Shown: positions 20,758 to 30,191 of the stretch, one piece after another
Numbering within the stretch: the stretch's first letter is position 1
How the letters are laid out: each line of letters starts with the position of its first letter
Assembly: GCA_001002325.1 (NCBI GenBank)
Contig: LCNZ01000007.1
Coordinates: forward strand, 91,410-155,409
From: Candidatus Amesbacteria bacterium GW2011_GWB1_47_19
GTDB lineage: Bacteria > Patescibacteriota > Microgenomatia > CAZETR01 > Amesbacteraceae
Direction of reading: 5' to 3'
DNA length: 64,000 nt
Position numbers and translations under genes: made by a program
Notes under the pieces: model-generated
Told to the model about the DNA's origin: nothing
Database searches by the model: none
The model's input: the letters and a program-made list of their open reading frames with translations, nothing else

Positions 20758-21048
20758 ATGTTCATGGGATTTTTTGAGCAGGTTTATAAATTTGTAAAAC
20801 AGATACCGGAAGGCAAGGTAATGACTTACGGGCAGGTGGCGCAGGCTATCGGGACAAGGGATGCAAGAAGAGTGGGCCAGGTACTGCATGCCAACAAGGA
20901 TTCGAAAGTACCCTGTCACCGGGTGGTTTTTGCCGACGGATCTCTGGCTCCCGGTTATGCTTTCGGTGGGGCGGAAGAGCAAAGGAAAAGACTGTTGGCC
21001 GAGGGGGTGGAGTTTGTCGGTGACAAGGTGAGCCCTGAGGCGTTATAA
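20758..21048 (+). CDS. Stand-alone MGMT/Ogt C-terminal DNA-binding-domain protein (methylated-DNA-protein-cysteine methyltransferase-like).
   Basis: PCHRVV active-site motif, and a YGQVAQAIG helix-turn-helix. Only 96 aa. Confidence 0.6.
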   Translation: MFMGFFEQVYKFVKQIPEGKVMTYGQVAQAIGTRDARRVGQVLHANKDSKVPCHRVVFADGSLAPGYAFGGAEEQRKRLLAEGVEFVGDKVSPEAL

Positions 21049-21083
21049 TATGGCTATTCTTTTAAGAAAGGCGGAAATGAATT

Positions 21084-22226
21084 TTGAAACGACAAAGTAT
21101 CCAGGCAACAAAGTTGCAGAGTAAACAGGACCCCCAGACAATGGAGGAGCTTTTGGCTTTGACCGGATATAAGCCCAAGGGTTTTAAACGGGGAGAAACG
21201 GTGAAGGGGAAAGTGGCCGAGGTGACAGGTAAGACAGTGTATGTGGATATAAACGGAAAGGCGGAGGCCGTAGTGGCCGAGCAGGAGTTTGAGCTGGCCA
21301 AGGATTATTTCCGAGCCTTAAAACCAGGGGATGAGGTGACGGGAGTGGTGCTGATTTCGGAGAATGAAGCCGGACAGGTGATTTTGTCTTTAAGGCGGGC
21401 GGCGGTGGAGAGTAAATGGAAGACTTTTGAACAGGCATTGGCTGATGACCAGGTGATTTTGGTGAGAGGAAAAGAGGCAACCCGCGGCGGAATACTGGTG
21501 GACGCGGACGGTATATATGGTTTTATCCCGACCTCGCAGGTTGGTCGGGAGCTGGAGGGTAGTTCAGGTTCTCTGGCAGGAAAGTCCATTGCGGTGAAAG
21601 TGCTGGAGGTTGATAAACTCCAGAACAGACTGGTGTTGTCTGAAAGGGCGGTGTCGGAGGCGGAGGAGATCGAGAAAAGGCGTTTAGCTCTGTCCAAGGT
21701 GACCATCGGCGGAGAATATGACGGCCGGGTGGTGGGTATGGTTCCGTTCGGAGTGTTTGTAGAGATTGAAACCAAATCTAAACCCAAGACCAAGAAGGAC
21801 GAGGAGATGAAACTAGAGGGGTTGGTGCATATCTCCGAGTTGTCCTGGGAAAAGGTGGAAGATGTAAATAAGGCTGTGAAGGAAGGTGAACCCCTGAAAG
21901 TACAGGTAATCGGAATTGATGAGGAAAACGGGAAGCTGGCATTGTCAGTAAAAAGACTGACATCCGATCCCTGGCTGATAGTCGGGAAAAAGTATAAAAC
22001 AGACAGCAAGCATAAGGGAGTTGTAACAAAGGTAGCTCCTTATGGAGTGTTGGTCAGGCTGGAACGCGGAATTGAAGGGCTGATCCATGCATCCAAGATG
22101 CCCGCCGGAGTGGCTTTTAAAGAGGGTGATGAAGTTGAGGTATTTGTGGAATCAGTCGATCTGGACAAACGCCGTCTTTCACTGGGAGTAGTATCCAAGG
22201 ATACAAAGGGAATAATCTACAAATAA
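21084..22226 (+). CDS. rpsA: 30S ribosomal protein S1.
   Basis: Four S1 domains (for example GETVKGKV..VYVDI, GGEYDGRVVGMVPFGVFVEI, HISELSW, KHKGVVTKVAPYGVLVRL..GLIHASK). Confidence 0.8.
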   Translation: MKRQSIQATKLQSKQDPQTMEELLALTGYKPKGFKRGETVKGKVAEVTGKTVYVDINGKAEAVVAEQEFELAKDYFRALKPGDEVTGVVLISENEAGQVILSLRRAAVESKWKTFEQALADDQVILVRGKEATRGGILVDADGIYGFIPTSQVGRELEGSSGSLAGKSIAVKVLEVDKLQNRLVLSERAVSEAEEIEKRRLALSKVTIGGEYDGRVVGMVPFGVFVEIETKSKPKTKKDEEMKLEGLVHISELSWEKVEDVNKAVKEGEPLKVQVIGIDEENGKLALSVKRLTSDPWLIVGKKYKTDSKHKGVVTKVAPYGVLVRLERGIEGLIHASKMPAGVAFKEGDEVEVFVESVDLDKRRLSLGVVSKDTKGIIYK

Positions 22227-22528
22227 ATCAATGTATGATTAAAGAAGGGGAATATACCATTGAATGGTCACCTACAGCCGGGAATTGTTCTGAGAAATGT
22301 GGGCCGTTCAGGTCGGCATTGCGCCTCGTAATGAAAAAACTCAAAAACAGAACCAGGTGGGAACCGGGACTTACGGGGTTGGGGTTTAGTTGCGGAGTAG
22401 AAGGATGCAAGGCTAAATTTTTTGTGGAATGGTGTCCGAGAAGGCATCTATTAACGGTCGGTAAGTCCTCTGGGAAAAACCCCGGATGTTTGGAGTAGTT
22501 GGTTTTAGGTTTGTGGTATAAGTGAGAA

Positions 22529-23842
22529 ATGGCCAGACAAAGGAGCAAGTGGATTTGCCAGCAATGCGGATTCAGCCAGAGCGGGTGGGCGGGGAGGTGT
22601 CCGGAATGCGGCGCCTGGAATAGTCTGGTGGAAACGGTGGAGAAATCTAACAACTCTAAACGTAAAACGCTAAAACCTGGGAAAATTTACAGGTCGTCTG
22701 AAGTCAAGATTTCGGAAAGAGGAAGGATAAAGACTGGTATAGGAGAATTGGATAACGTGCTGGGAGGGGGGTTGGTTGCCGGAATGGCGGTGCTGGTAGC
22801 CGGAGAACCGGGGATCGGCAAATCGACCCTTTTGACACAGGTGGCAATGGCGAATCCAGGTGTATTGTATGTGTGCGGAGAGGAGAGTGCTTCACAAGTT
22901 GTTTTACGGGTGAAACGGCTGGAAGCAATAATCCATAAGACTCGAACTCCAGGTTTTCTATTATTTGAAAGCACGAATACGGACGAGATAGAGTCTGAGG
23001 TAGAGAAACTGAAGCCGGGCCTGGTGATTGTAGACTCCATTCAGACACTGACCACACAGGATTTAGCCGGGACGGCGGGATCGGTCGGACAGGTGAGAGA
23101 ATGTGCGCACAGACTGACTTTATTGGCAAAAAGGCTTGATATCCCTGTATTTTTAGTCGGTCATGTGACTAAAGAAGGAAATATTGCCGGACCGGCGGTG
23201 TTGATGCATGTAGTAGATACAGTGCTGTGGTTTGAGGGAGAACGAGGCCAGGCATTGAGATTGGTGAGAGCTGTGAAAAACCGGTTCGGGCCGACAGACG
23301 AGACGGGGGTATTTGAAATGACCGAAACTGGGTTGTCAGGTGTGGCTAATCCATCCCGGATGCTGTTGGCAGAAAGGATGGAAAAGGTCCCCGGAAGCGT
23401 GGTATCTGTGGTGTTGGAGGGGACGAGGCCGATGCTGGTGGAAATTCAGGCGTTGACCGTATCTACCCAGTCCCCGCTACCCAGGCGGGTGGCGACAGGG
23501 ATAGATTTTTCCCGGCTGCAGACCTTGGTGGCGGTGTTGATGGCCAGAGTGGGCCTACATTTGGGGAATGTGGATATCTTTGTGAATGTGACCGGGGGTA
23601 TCAAGCTGGCAGACAGAGGTGTGGACTTGGCGATTTGTCTGGCAATCGCTTCAGCTTTTTTGGCCAGGAGTTTGCCTGCGGATGTGGCCGCGGTCGGTGA
23701 GGTGGGGCTGATGGGAGAGGTGCGCAAAGTAACAGGCTTGGAGCGACGAGTCAAGGAGGCTAAAAAGATGGGCTACAAGGTAGCATCGGCTGAGTCGGGA
23801 AGGTCGGTAGCTGCGGCGGTAAAGAAACTGCTCACAAATTGA
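22529..23842 (+). CDS. radA: DNA repair protein RadA/Sms.
   Basis: N-terminal C4 zinc finger (CQQCG..CPECG), Walker A GEPGIGKSTLL, KNRFG motif and a Lon-like C-terminal domain. Confidence 0.85.
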   Translation: MARQRSKWICQQCGFSQSGWAGRCPECGAWNSLVETVEKSNNSKRKTLKPGKIYRSSEVKISERGRIKTGIGELDNVLGGGLVAGMAVLVAGEPGIGKSTLLTQVAMANPGVLYVCGEESASQVVLRVKRLEAIIHKTRTPGFLLFESTNTDEIESEVEKLKPGLVIVDSIQTLTTQDLAGTAGSVGQVRECAHRLTLLAKRLDIPVFLVGHVTKEGNIAGPAVLMHVVDTVLWFEGERGQALRLVRAVKNRFGPTDETGVFEMTETGLSGVANPSRMLLAERMEKVPGSVVSVVLEGTRPMLVEIQALTVSTQSPLPRRVATGIDFSRLQTLVAVLMARVGLHLGNVDIFVNVTGGIKLADRGVDLAICLAIASAFLARSLPADVAAVGEVGLMGEVRKVTGLERRVKEAKKMGYKVASAESGRSVAAAVKKLLTN

Positions 23843-24359
23843 TAACAGGCAAGTGTGAAAAATATTCGGGAATATTACCAAGTTATATACTATCCACAAG
23901 AGCCTTTATATGGTCGTTATATTAGTTTGTTCTAACTTATAGGACTATCTATTTATAAGTATTAATAACTATAGGTTGCGATAGTTGACAAAAGGTGATA
24001 AACTTCCGCTTGAGGGTCACGTAGCAATGAAGAAACTGCTCAAGTTTTGGACAGGAAGGACTGCCCGCAGGCGGAAAGGTGGTCGTGCAATATTAAACCA
24101 GAGAGGTTGGATGAGAGACCAGTTGGAAAGAATGATACGTATGGAACAGGGGATTATTTCAGGCAGTGTAGGGAGGTAAAAAAAGAAAAATAGAAAAGAG
24201 CATCGCCATCGCTGGTTTGAGGGCCACGAGTAGCAATGCTCTTTGAGAGGAAATCGCCTGGACAGATCTGGCGATTTACACTTGATATAGGTGATAACAC
24301 TGCCCCCAATCTCTTGTCAAGAAAAATATTACTTGATAGATTGCTCTTTTTTTAATGTT

Positions 24360-24500
24360 TTAGCCAGGAGGAATCATCCCGAGCGGTACGGGGATGATAC
24401 TCAGCATGGAAGACCGGCAAATCCGGTGAAAACCGGTTGGTAGGTAGGGCAGGCCGACCAATTGCTACCGGGTGAGCAGGTCTTCCATACTGAGTTATAA
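24360..24500 (+). promoter_or_regulatory. Candidate structured 5' leader RNA upstream of the sortase-substrate gene. Its class is unassigned.
   Basis: A long-range closing helix (actcagcatggaagacc ... ggtcttccatactgagt) encloses internal hairpins (ccggtgaaaaccgg, ggtag..ctacc) and a GGUAGGUAG tract. Confidence 0.3.
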
Positions 24501-24524
24501 TGGACGGATTTCCTAAAGAAGAGT

Positions 24525-25328
24525 ATGAAAAAAAATCTGAAAATATGGATTGTATGGATGGCTGCGACAGCAGCGGCTTTTGCTACCGGAGCTGCTGTGA
24601 ATGCGGCAGCGATCAATTTCGGCGGGGGAGTGTATGTGAATTTGTGCGGAAGCGGAACCGCGGCTTCGTATTACAGCTGTGATCCGGGTTGCAGTATTCA
24701 GACAGGATCCTGCCAAAGCCAGAATGAGGGAGTGGTAAAGTGGATTTGCAGTGGAAAGTGGGGACAATGCCTGGAATCGGAGTCAGGGTGGAGTAATTTT
24801 GAGGATGTAGATAGCCCGGGATGTTCAAAAACCATTCAGATTTCACTGTTTGATAAGAAATGCCGCCGGCAGGATAACAGCTGGGATGAAAGCTGCAAAA
24901 TGCTGGGTTATATGGTGTGGTATTCGGGTGATTGCCGGACCTCTACCAGTCCGACAGTGACACCGAGGTTGACACCTACCCCGTCAGCAGGACCAACCAG
25001 AACTCCCACACCAACGACGGCTCCCAAACCAACCACCACCCCGGCGTCCAAGATTTCCAGTCCGGTTCCGACGCTGATTCCCGGTGTGGCAAACGTTTGC
25101 GGAAATTACTGTACCAAAGGCGAAGACTGCGGGGCGGGCTTTGCGTGCCAGGACGGAGTGTGCAGGAATCCCAGCTGCCCGGGTGACGAGAGCTGCTTTT
25201 GCGGCGATGTAGCCGGGGCTGTCACAGATAAAAATCCGAAGACGGGATGGGAGGAATGGGTATTGCTGGCGGGTGCGTTGATACTGGGACCGGCGGGATG
25301 GAAATTGAAGCGCATGGCTAAAGCATGA
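24525..25328 (+). CDS. Secreted cysteine-rich surface protein with a Thr/Pro-rich stalk and a C-terminal sortase sorting signal (NPKTG).
   Basis: Signal peptide, many Cys, and a TPTPT linker. It ends in NPKTG, then a hydrophobic stretch, then a KLKRMAKA tail. Confidence 0.7.
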   Translation: MKKNLKIWIVWMAATAAAFATGAAVNAAAINFGGGVYVNLCGSGTAASYYSCDPGCSIQTGSCQSQNEGVVKWICSGKWGQCLESESGWSNFEDVDSPGCSKTIQISLFDKKCRRQDNSWDESCKMLGYMVWYSGDCRTSTSPTVTPRLTPTPSAGPTRTPTPTTAPKPTTTPASKISSPVPTLIPGVANVCGNYCTKGEDCGAGFACQDGVCRNPSCPGDESCFCGDVAGAVTDKNPKTGWEEWVLLAGALILGPAGWKLKRMAKA

Positions 25329-25996
25329 GACTGAAAAAAAGATTTTATCTATTCACCGGAGGGAGCATGGAGGTGGCAGCGGTGTTGCTGGTGCTGATAG
25401 GGGGCGGGGCATTTTTGGGCAGGGAACTTAAATATGTCTGGATCAGGACACCTTTGGGAAGGACTGTGCAAAGATTTGAACAATTACCTCCGCCGCAACT
25501 GGTGGTGGAAAACGAATTGGGTAACACAGCCATACAAGCTGAACAACCGGGGTGGAAAGTACCTGATGATAATTATTCACTGTTTATTCCGGAAATCGGG
25601 GCTATTAGCCGGGTCATTTCAGCCGTAGATGCGGGAGATGCGAACGAGTATCTTCCGGCCTTACAACAGGGAGTAGCGGAGGCAAAAGGAATGGCGCATC
25701 CCGGTGAAAAGGGGACCACTTATCTGTTTGCCCATTCGGTAGGGAGCAGAGCCGATTTTGCCCGTTATAACGCAGTATTTTATTTGCTACATAAACTTGA
25801 AACCGGGGATAAGGTGGAAGTGGTTTACGGAGGCAGGCTGTTTAAATATGAAGTTGAAATACGGGAGATTCTGGAGCCGAAAAATGTGAAATACCTGGTG
25901 CCCCAGTCGGAGGAAGAAAAGTTGGTTTTGGCCACCTGTTATCCTCCGGGCACAACCTGGAAAAGGCTGGTGGTAGTGGCCAAACCGGCCTATTGA
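25325..25996 (+). CDS. Sortase family transpeptidase.
   Basis: N-terminal TM anchor. Catalytic His (YLFAHS), TLxTC-like Cys (LVLATCYP) and a downstream Arg. It is adjacent to the NPKTG substrate. Confidence 0.75.
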   Translation: MRLKKRFYLFTGGSMEVAAVLLVLIGGGAFLGRELKYVWIRTPLGRTVQRFEQLPPPQLVVENELGNTAIQAEQPGWKVPDDNYSLFIPEIGAISRVISAVDAGDANEYLPALQQGVAEAKGMAHPGEKGTTYLFAHSVGSRADFARYNAVFYLLHKLETGDKVEVVYGGRLFKYEVEIREILEPKNVKYLVPQSEEEKLVLATCYPPGTTWKRLVVVAKPAY

Positions 25997-26115
25997 CACC
26001 CGGATGGAGGATGCTATACTAACAGCAATTCTCCGGGTTTTTGGAAATTTCCCCTCTAATCCCGAAATTTTAATGATACTGTGATAATTGCAGCTACTTC
26101 CTAAACAGTTTTTTT

Positions 26116-27462
26116 ATGGCTGATGACCTTTCGGATGTTAACGGCAACCAGGATTTGGGGGCGGATTCCGGACCTCTGACCGGGTCGGGGGTGCGCTCGG
26201 TTATGAGACCGGGTGTAGTCAGGGTAATTGGACGGGTAACACCCCGGCAATCGTCAGGGGGTTACGGCCGAATTCAGCCAAGACAGGTAGTCAGACCGGT
26301 GGTTACTCCGGTTTCTTTTGACGGGGTGGTGGATGACAGAGTGATTCCGGATGCGGGTTTGCCGACAGAGTACGTAGAAGGGTTTTTGGACATCACACCG
26401 GACGGGCACGGTTATCTGAGGCCGAAGATGATCCCTTCGTCAAAGGATGTATATATCTCTGCTTCACAAGTCCGGCGGTTTAATTTACGGCCGGGAGATA
26501 TGGTGGGAGGACAGGCAAGAGAGCCCAAGGAGAACGAGAGGTTTTGGGGCCTTTTGAAAGTGGAAAAGGTGAACAATTTGCCGGCAGAGGAAGCTGCCAA
26601 CAGACCTGCTTTTGACAGCATGACGGCGGTTTTTCCGGAAGGACAACTGCGGCTGGAAACAGACCCGGAAATACTTTCGACCCGGATTATTGATTTAATT
26701 GCCCCGATCGGAAAGGGACAGCGCGGGCTGATTGTAGCCCAGCCAAAAGCCGGAAAAACCTGGCTACTGCGGGAAATTGCTACTGCTCTTTCAAAGAATT
26801 ATCCGGAAATGCATTTGATGGCAGTTCTGATAGGGGAACGACCGGAGGAAGTAACGGAAATTACCAGATCCCTGAAGGGGGAGGTGGCTGCTTCTCATTT
26901 TGATGAGCCGCCGCTGGAGCAGGTAAGAATTGCGGAGCTGGCATTGGAACGGGCTAAAAGACTGGTGGAGTTAAAGAAAGACGTGTTTGTGCTGCTGGAC
27001 TCTATTACCCGATTGGCCCGGGCATACAATATGATTTCTCCGGATTCAGGTAAGACGCTATCCGGAGGCTTTTCCGCGGCGGCTATTTATCCGGCTAAAA
27101 AAGCGTTCGGAGCAGCTAGAAGGTTTGAAGAAGGGGGGTCCCTGACTATCTTGGGGACTTGTTTGGTGGATACCGGTTCCCGGCAGGATGACTTGGTTTA
27201 TGAGGAATTCAAAGGAACCGGAAACATGGAATTACATCTAGACAGGCGGTTGGCCGACAGGCGGATTTTCCCGTCATTTAATTTGTTACAAAGCGGAACC
27301 AGAGGAGAAGAGAAGCTGCTGGGTGACAGGCTGGAGAAAGTGATCCAGCTGCGCCGGATGCTGGACATGCTGGACGGGGACGAGAGGACGGAACTGTTGA
27401 TTGCCAAAATGAAAAAAACCAAGGATAACGAGGACTTTTTGAAAAATCTGACGAAGTCCTGA
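26116..27462 (+). CDS. rho: Transcription termination factor Rho.
   Basis: DLIAPIGKGQRGLIVAQPKAGKTWLL Walker A, a RecA-like core and an N-terminal extension. Confidence 0.9.
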   Translation: MADDLSDVNGNQDLGADSGPLTGSGVRSVMRPGVVRVIGRVTPRQSSGGYGRIQPRQVVRPVVTPVSFDGVVDDRVIPDAGLPTEYVEGFLDITPDGHGYLRPKMIPSSKDVYISASQVRRFNLRPGDMVGGQAREPKENERFWGLLKVEKVNNLPAEEAANRPAFDSMTAVFPEGQLRLETDPEILSTRIIDLIAPIGKGQRGLIVAQPKAGKTWLLREIATALSKNYPEMHLMAVLIGERPEEVTEITRSLKGEVAASHFDEPPLEQVRIAELALERAKRLVELKKDVFVLLDSITRLARAYNMISPDSGKTLSGGFSAAAIYPAKKAFGAARRFEEGGSLTILGTCLVDTGSRQDDLVYEEFKGTGNMELHLDRRLADRRIFPSFNLLQSGTRGEEKLLGDRLEKVIQLRRMLDMLDGDERTELLIAKMKKTKDNEDFLKNLTKS

Positions 27463-27492
27463 CACGTTGCCCAGGGAGAGTAGAATTGGAGT

Positions 27493-28017
27493 ATGAATTT
27501 GATATTGCTGCCGGGGAATAATTGGCGCAATCAGGCTTGGATAGAGCAGTTAAAGCAAGCGGTAGAGCCGGATTTTGAACAGATTTGGGTGCAGTACTAC
27601 GATAATTGGAAAGCACGGACCGCGCTATTAAATATTGATTTGGAAACGGATAAATTGGCTAAAAATTCGCGGAGTCTCGGGAAATATTGCATTCTGGCAA
27701 AATCGGCGGGTACGTTATTGGCGATGAAAGCAGTGAAAGAGGGGGAAATAAAACCGGTTAAATGTATATTTGTAGGGACAGCTATCAGATGGGGACAGGA
27801 GCAAGGTTGGCCGGCGGAAAAATGGGCAGAAGGCTACTCCGTCCCGACTTTGTTTATACAGAAATCAGAAGATCCGGTGATGACATTCGGAGAACTGCGA
27901 TTTACATTGGAAAAGGCGGGGGTAAAAAAATCCAAATTGGTGGAATTGCCGGGACGGTCCCATCACTATGAAGATATAATGGGCTTGCGATTTATGGTTA
28001 AAGACTTTGTGAAATGA
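27493..28017 (+). CDS. Small alpha/beta hydrolase (RBBP9/YdeN-like), putative.
   Basis: 174 aa with an ILAKSAGT serine-elbow-like motif. The assignment is weak. Confidence 0.35.
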   Translation: MNLILLPGNNWRNQAWIEQLKQAVEPDFEQIWVQYYDNWKARTALLNIDLETDKLAKNSRSLGKYCILAKSAGTLLAMKAVKEGEIKPVKCIFVGTAIRWGQEQGWPAEKWAEGYSVPTLFIQKSEDPVMTFGELRFTLEKAGVKKSKLVELPGRSHHYEDIMGLRFMVKDFVK

Positions 28018-28982
28018 ATTCAGCTACTGCCGTTTCGCCGGCAAATATAGCCTTTATCAAATTTTGGGGGAAGACAGATTCGAACCAGAATATTCCATAT
28101 AACGATTCGATGTCGATGAATTTGAGTGGATGCCTGACAACGACGACGGTGGAATTTGACCCGAGACTGGATGACGACCGGATAGTTATCAACAAATTCG
28201 AAGCCAGCGGCAGTGGTAAACAGAGAGTGGTCAGAATATTGGATATTGTCAGGAGGGAAGCAGGGATGGGGCTGAAAGCCAAAGTGGAGTCCGCTAATAA
28301 TTTTCCGACAGCATCAGGGATTGCCTCGTCGGCAGCTGCCTTTTCCGCCCTGGCTATGGCGGCGAGTACGGCAGCGGGTTTGACGCTGTCAAAAAGGGAA
28401 CTTTCGAGATTGGCCAGATTAGGCTCCGGATCGGCCTGCCGGTCGATTTTTGACGGATTTGTGTACTGGAAAGGGGGAAAAGACGACAGGACTTCTTATG
28501 CTTACCAACTGGCTCCGGTTACCCACTGGGATCTCTGGGACATTGTGGCTGTGGTGGCCAAAGAGAGTAAAAAAGCCAGCTCCACCCAAGGGCACTCTGT
28601 TGCGACCAGCAGCCCGTATTTCCGGCAGAGACAAAGGGGATTACCGCTGCGGATTAAGCAGATGAAAGAGGCGATGTTGAAAAAAGATTTTCCTAAGTTC
28701 GGGAGGCTTTTGGAGGAGGAAGCGGTTGATTTGCATGTGATGGCGATGACATCCCGGCCGCCTATTTTTTATTGGAACAGCGGGACAATGGAGGTAATGA
28801 AAAAGATCCGGGAATGGAGGGAGGAGGGTAAGGAAGCTTACTTCACGATGGATGCGGGGGCAAACGTCCATGTAATCTGCCGGGCGAAAGATGAAGCAGA
28901 AATAAACCAGAGACTCGGGAGGATTGCCGGGATCGAAAGCACGATTGTAAACAAGCCGGGCAGAGGGACATGGTTGATATGA
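28014..28982 (+). CDS. mvaD: Diphosphomevalonate (or phosphomevalonate) decarboxylase, GHMP kinase family.
   Basis: PANIAFIKFWGK and NDSMSMNL motifs and a GHMP ATP loop (PTASGIASSAAAFSALA). Confidence 0.75.
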   Translation: MNSATAVSPANIAFIKFWGKTDSNQNIPYNDSMSMNLSGCLTTTTVEFDPRLDDDRIVINKFEASGSGKQRVVRILDIVRREAGMGLKAKVESANNFPTASGIASSAAAFSALAMAASTAAGLTLSKRELSRLARLGSGSACRSIFDGFVYWKGGKDDRTSYAYQLAPVTHWDLWDIVAVVAKESKKASSTQGHSVATSSPYFRQRQRGLPLRIKQMKEAMLKKDFPKFGRLLEEEAVDLHVMAMTSRPPIFYWNSGTMEVMKKIREWREEGKEAYFTMDAGANVHVICRAKDEAEINQRLGRIAGIESTIVNKPGRGTWLI

Positions 28983-29731
28983 AAAAAATAGTGATGATCA
29001 AATTGGGAGGTGGACTAATCGCGCCGAAGGAGTGGGCTTGGGAGACTCCGGACGGGGGAGTAATCGGCCGGCTGGTAAAAGAAATTAAATCGGGCAGCGG
29101 TGATAGGGGGATAGTTTTGGTGAGCGGGAGCGGGAACTTCGGCCACCAGGCGGTGAAAAAATACGGGATAGATACGGAAGACGGGGTGGAGAAGGTCAGG
29201 AAAAGTGCCGGTAAAATCGGAGCGATTGTCGCCGGTGATGCGGCTGCTGCCGGTTTGAAAATTGAACTGATTGTGCCCCATGAAATATGGCCAAACGGCC
29301 GCACGGAATCGGTCTCAGAATCCTTAAAAGCCGGGAATACGGTGGTACTGTATGGGGATGTGATGGGGATTGGACGGGGGGAGTGGAAAGTGTGGTCCGG
29401 GGAGAAGTTAATTTCGGAAACGGTTAAACATATGAATGAATCGGGGCGCGAGATCGGGATGATAATTCAGGTGAGCCGGGAGGAGGGGGTATGGGATAAA
29501 AACGGGAAAATAATTCCGGAAATAAATCAGAATAACTGGAGAAAAATAAGGAGTGAGGTGGGGGGAGCGACAGGGACGGATGTGACCGGAGGGATGCTGC
29601 ATAAAGTGGAGGAAAGTTTGGAAATTACCCGGAAATTCGGTATAAAAACATGGATTATCAGCGGGAGAGTGAAAGGGAGACTGGAAAAATTGTTGGCGGG
29701 GGAGAAAGTTTTTGGGACAGTGGTGGGTTAG
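28970..29731 (+). CDS. Isopentenyl phosphate kinase (amino-acid kinase fold).
   Basis: IKLGGGLI..VSGSGNFGHQ motifs typical of the IPK/FomA family. It is adjacent to the decarboxylase. Confidence 0.6.
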   Translation: MVDMKKIVMIKLGGGLIAPKEWAWETPDGGVIGRLVKEIKSGSGDRGIVLVSGSGNFGHQAVKKYGIDTEDGVEKVRKSAGKIGAIVAGDAAAAGLKIELIVPHEIWPNGRTESVSESLKAGNTVVLYGDVMGIGRGEWKVWSGEKLISETVKHMNESGREIGMIIQVSREEGVWDKNGKIIPEINQNNWRKIRSEVGGATGTDVTGGMLHKVEESLEITRKFGIKTWIISGRVKGRLEKLLAGEKVFGTVVG

Positions 29732-29997
29732 AAACCCGGTTCTCGGTTTTTTAATGCCAAGATAGCAGCTTCAGTGGGTGAAAGCGGCTGATTATTACCC
29801 AGCTTTGCTTCGATTAGTTCGATGGCTCTTCGTTCTCTACGAGGAGGTCGTCCAAGATTTGCCAAGCGAGTGATGATGGCGTAGTGTATTGGGATGGATG
29901 TATCGGCAATAATTGCTGCCAGATTGAAGAGACTCGGATTTAGAGTTGCTTCTTGGCGAAGAGCTTGAAGGGCTTGTTCTCTGAGAGTTGTAGCCAT
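29728..29997 (-). CDS. Hypothetical protein.
   Basis: 89-aa ORF with no recognisable motif. Confidence 0.25.
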   Translation of the reverse strand: MATTLREQALQALRQEATLNPSLFNLAAIIADTSIPIHYAIITRLANLGRPPRRERRAIELIEAKLGNNQPLSPTEAAILALKNREPGF

Positions 29998-30120
29998 GAG
30001 ATTAAAAATCCGGCTGAGCCGGATCAGACCTCCTCAAAGCTGTCTAATTGCAGCTTATATTTTGTATTATACCCGGGGGCTTGAAGCAAGTCAATTTTGG
30101 AGAATAGAATACTCAGATAA

Positions 30121-30175
30121 ATAACTCACCCCTAGCCCCTCCCTTAACTTAAGGGAGGGGAATAAAAGAGGAGAG
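30121..30175 (+). repeat. Nested palindromic repeat, copy B (intergenic).
   Basis: ctcacccctagcccctcccttaacttaagggagggg... Confidence 0.7.
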
Positions 30176-30191
30176 TTGATAATAAATAAAT

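Noticed and set aside
21305-22009. Long antisense ORF (234 aa) opposite rpsA; similar antisense ORFs opposite the GT-C gene (1252-1767), macA (8295-8741), leuS (57060-57620 and 57975-58562), murA (36870-37422) and others.
   Set aside because: They lie opposite well-supported conserved genes. Their translations are low-complexity and Pro/Ser-rich with no motifs, which is typical of shadow ORFs.
22228-22653. ORFs 22235-22498(+) and 22228-22653(-) in the rpsA-radA intergenic region; the possibility of an ncRNA (RNase P, tmRNA or SRP) there.
   Set aside because: The ORFs overlap each other and have no recognisable motifs. I looked for the RNase P (GGAAAGUCCGGGCU), tmRNA tag/stop and SRP (GGAAGGAAGCAGC) motifs and found none.
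23974-24245. A pair of similar motifs (ttgagggtcacgtagcaatg and ttgagggccacgagtagcaatgctc) plus the 64-aa ORF 23985-24179 in the radA-downstream intergenic region.
   Set aside because: Two imperfect copies only, with no clear structure or coding signal. They may be promoter/operator remnants, and the evidence is too weak to call a feature.
24360-24500. Assigning the leader upstream of the sortase substrate to a known riboswitch class (c-di-GMP-I or ydaO/c-di-AMP).
   Set aside because: Only loose resemblances are seen (GGCAAA..CC, GGUAGGUAG, GAAUC..ACGGGGA). The highly conserved ACGCAAAGC (GEMM) block is missing. Covariance-model scoring is needed, so I kept it as an unclassified structured element.
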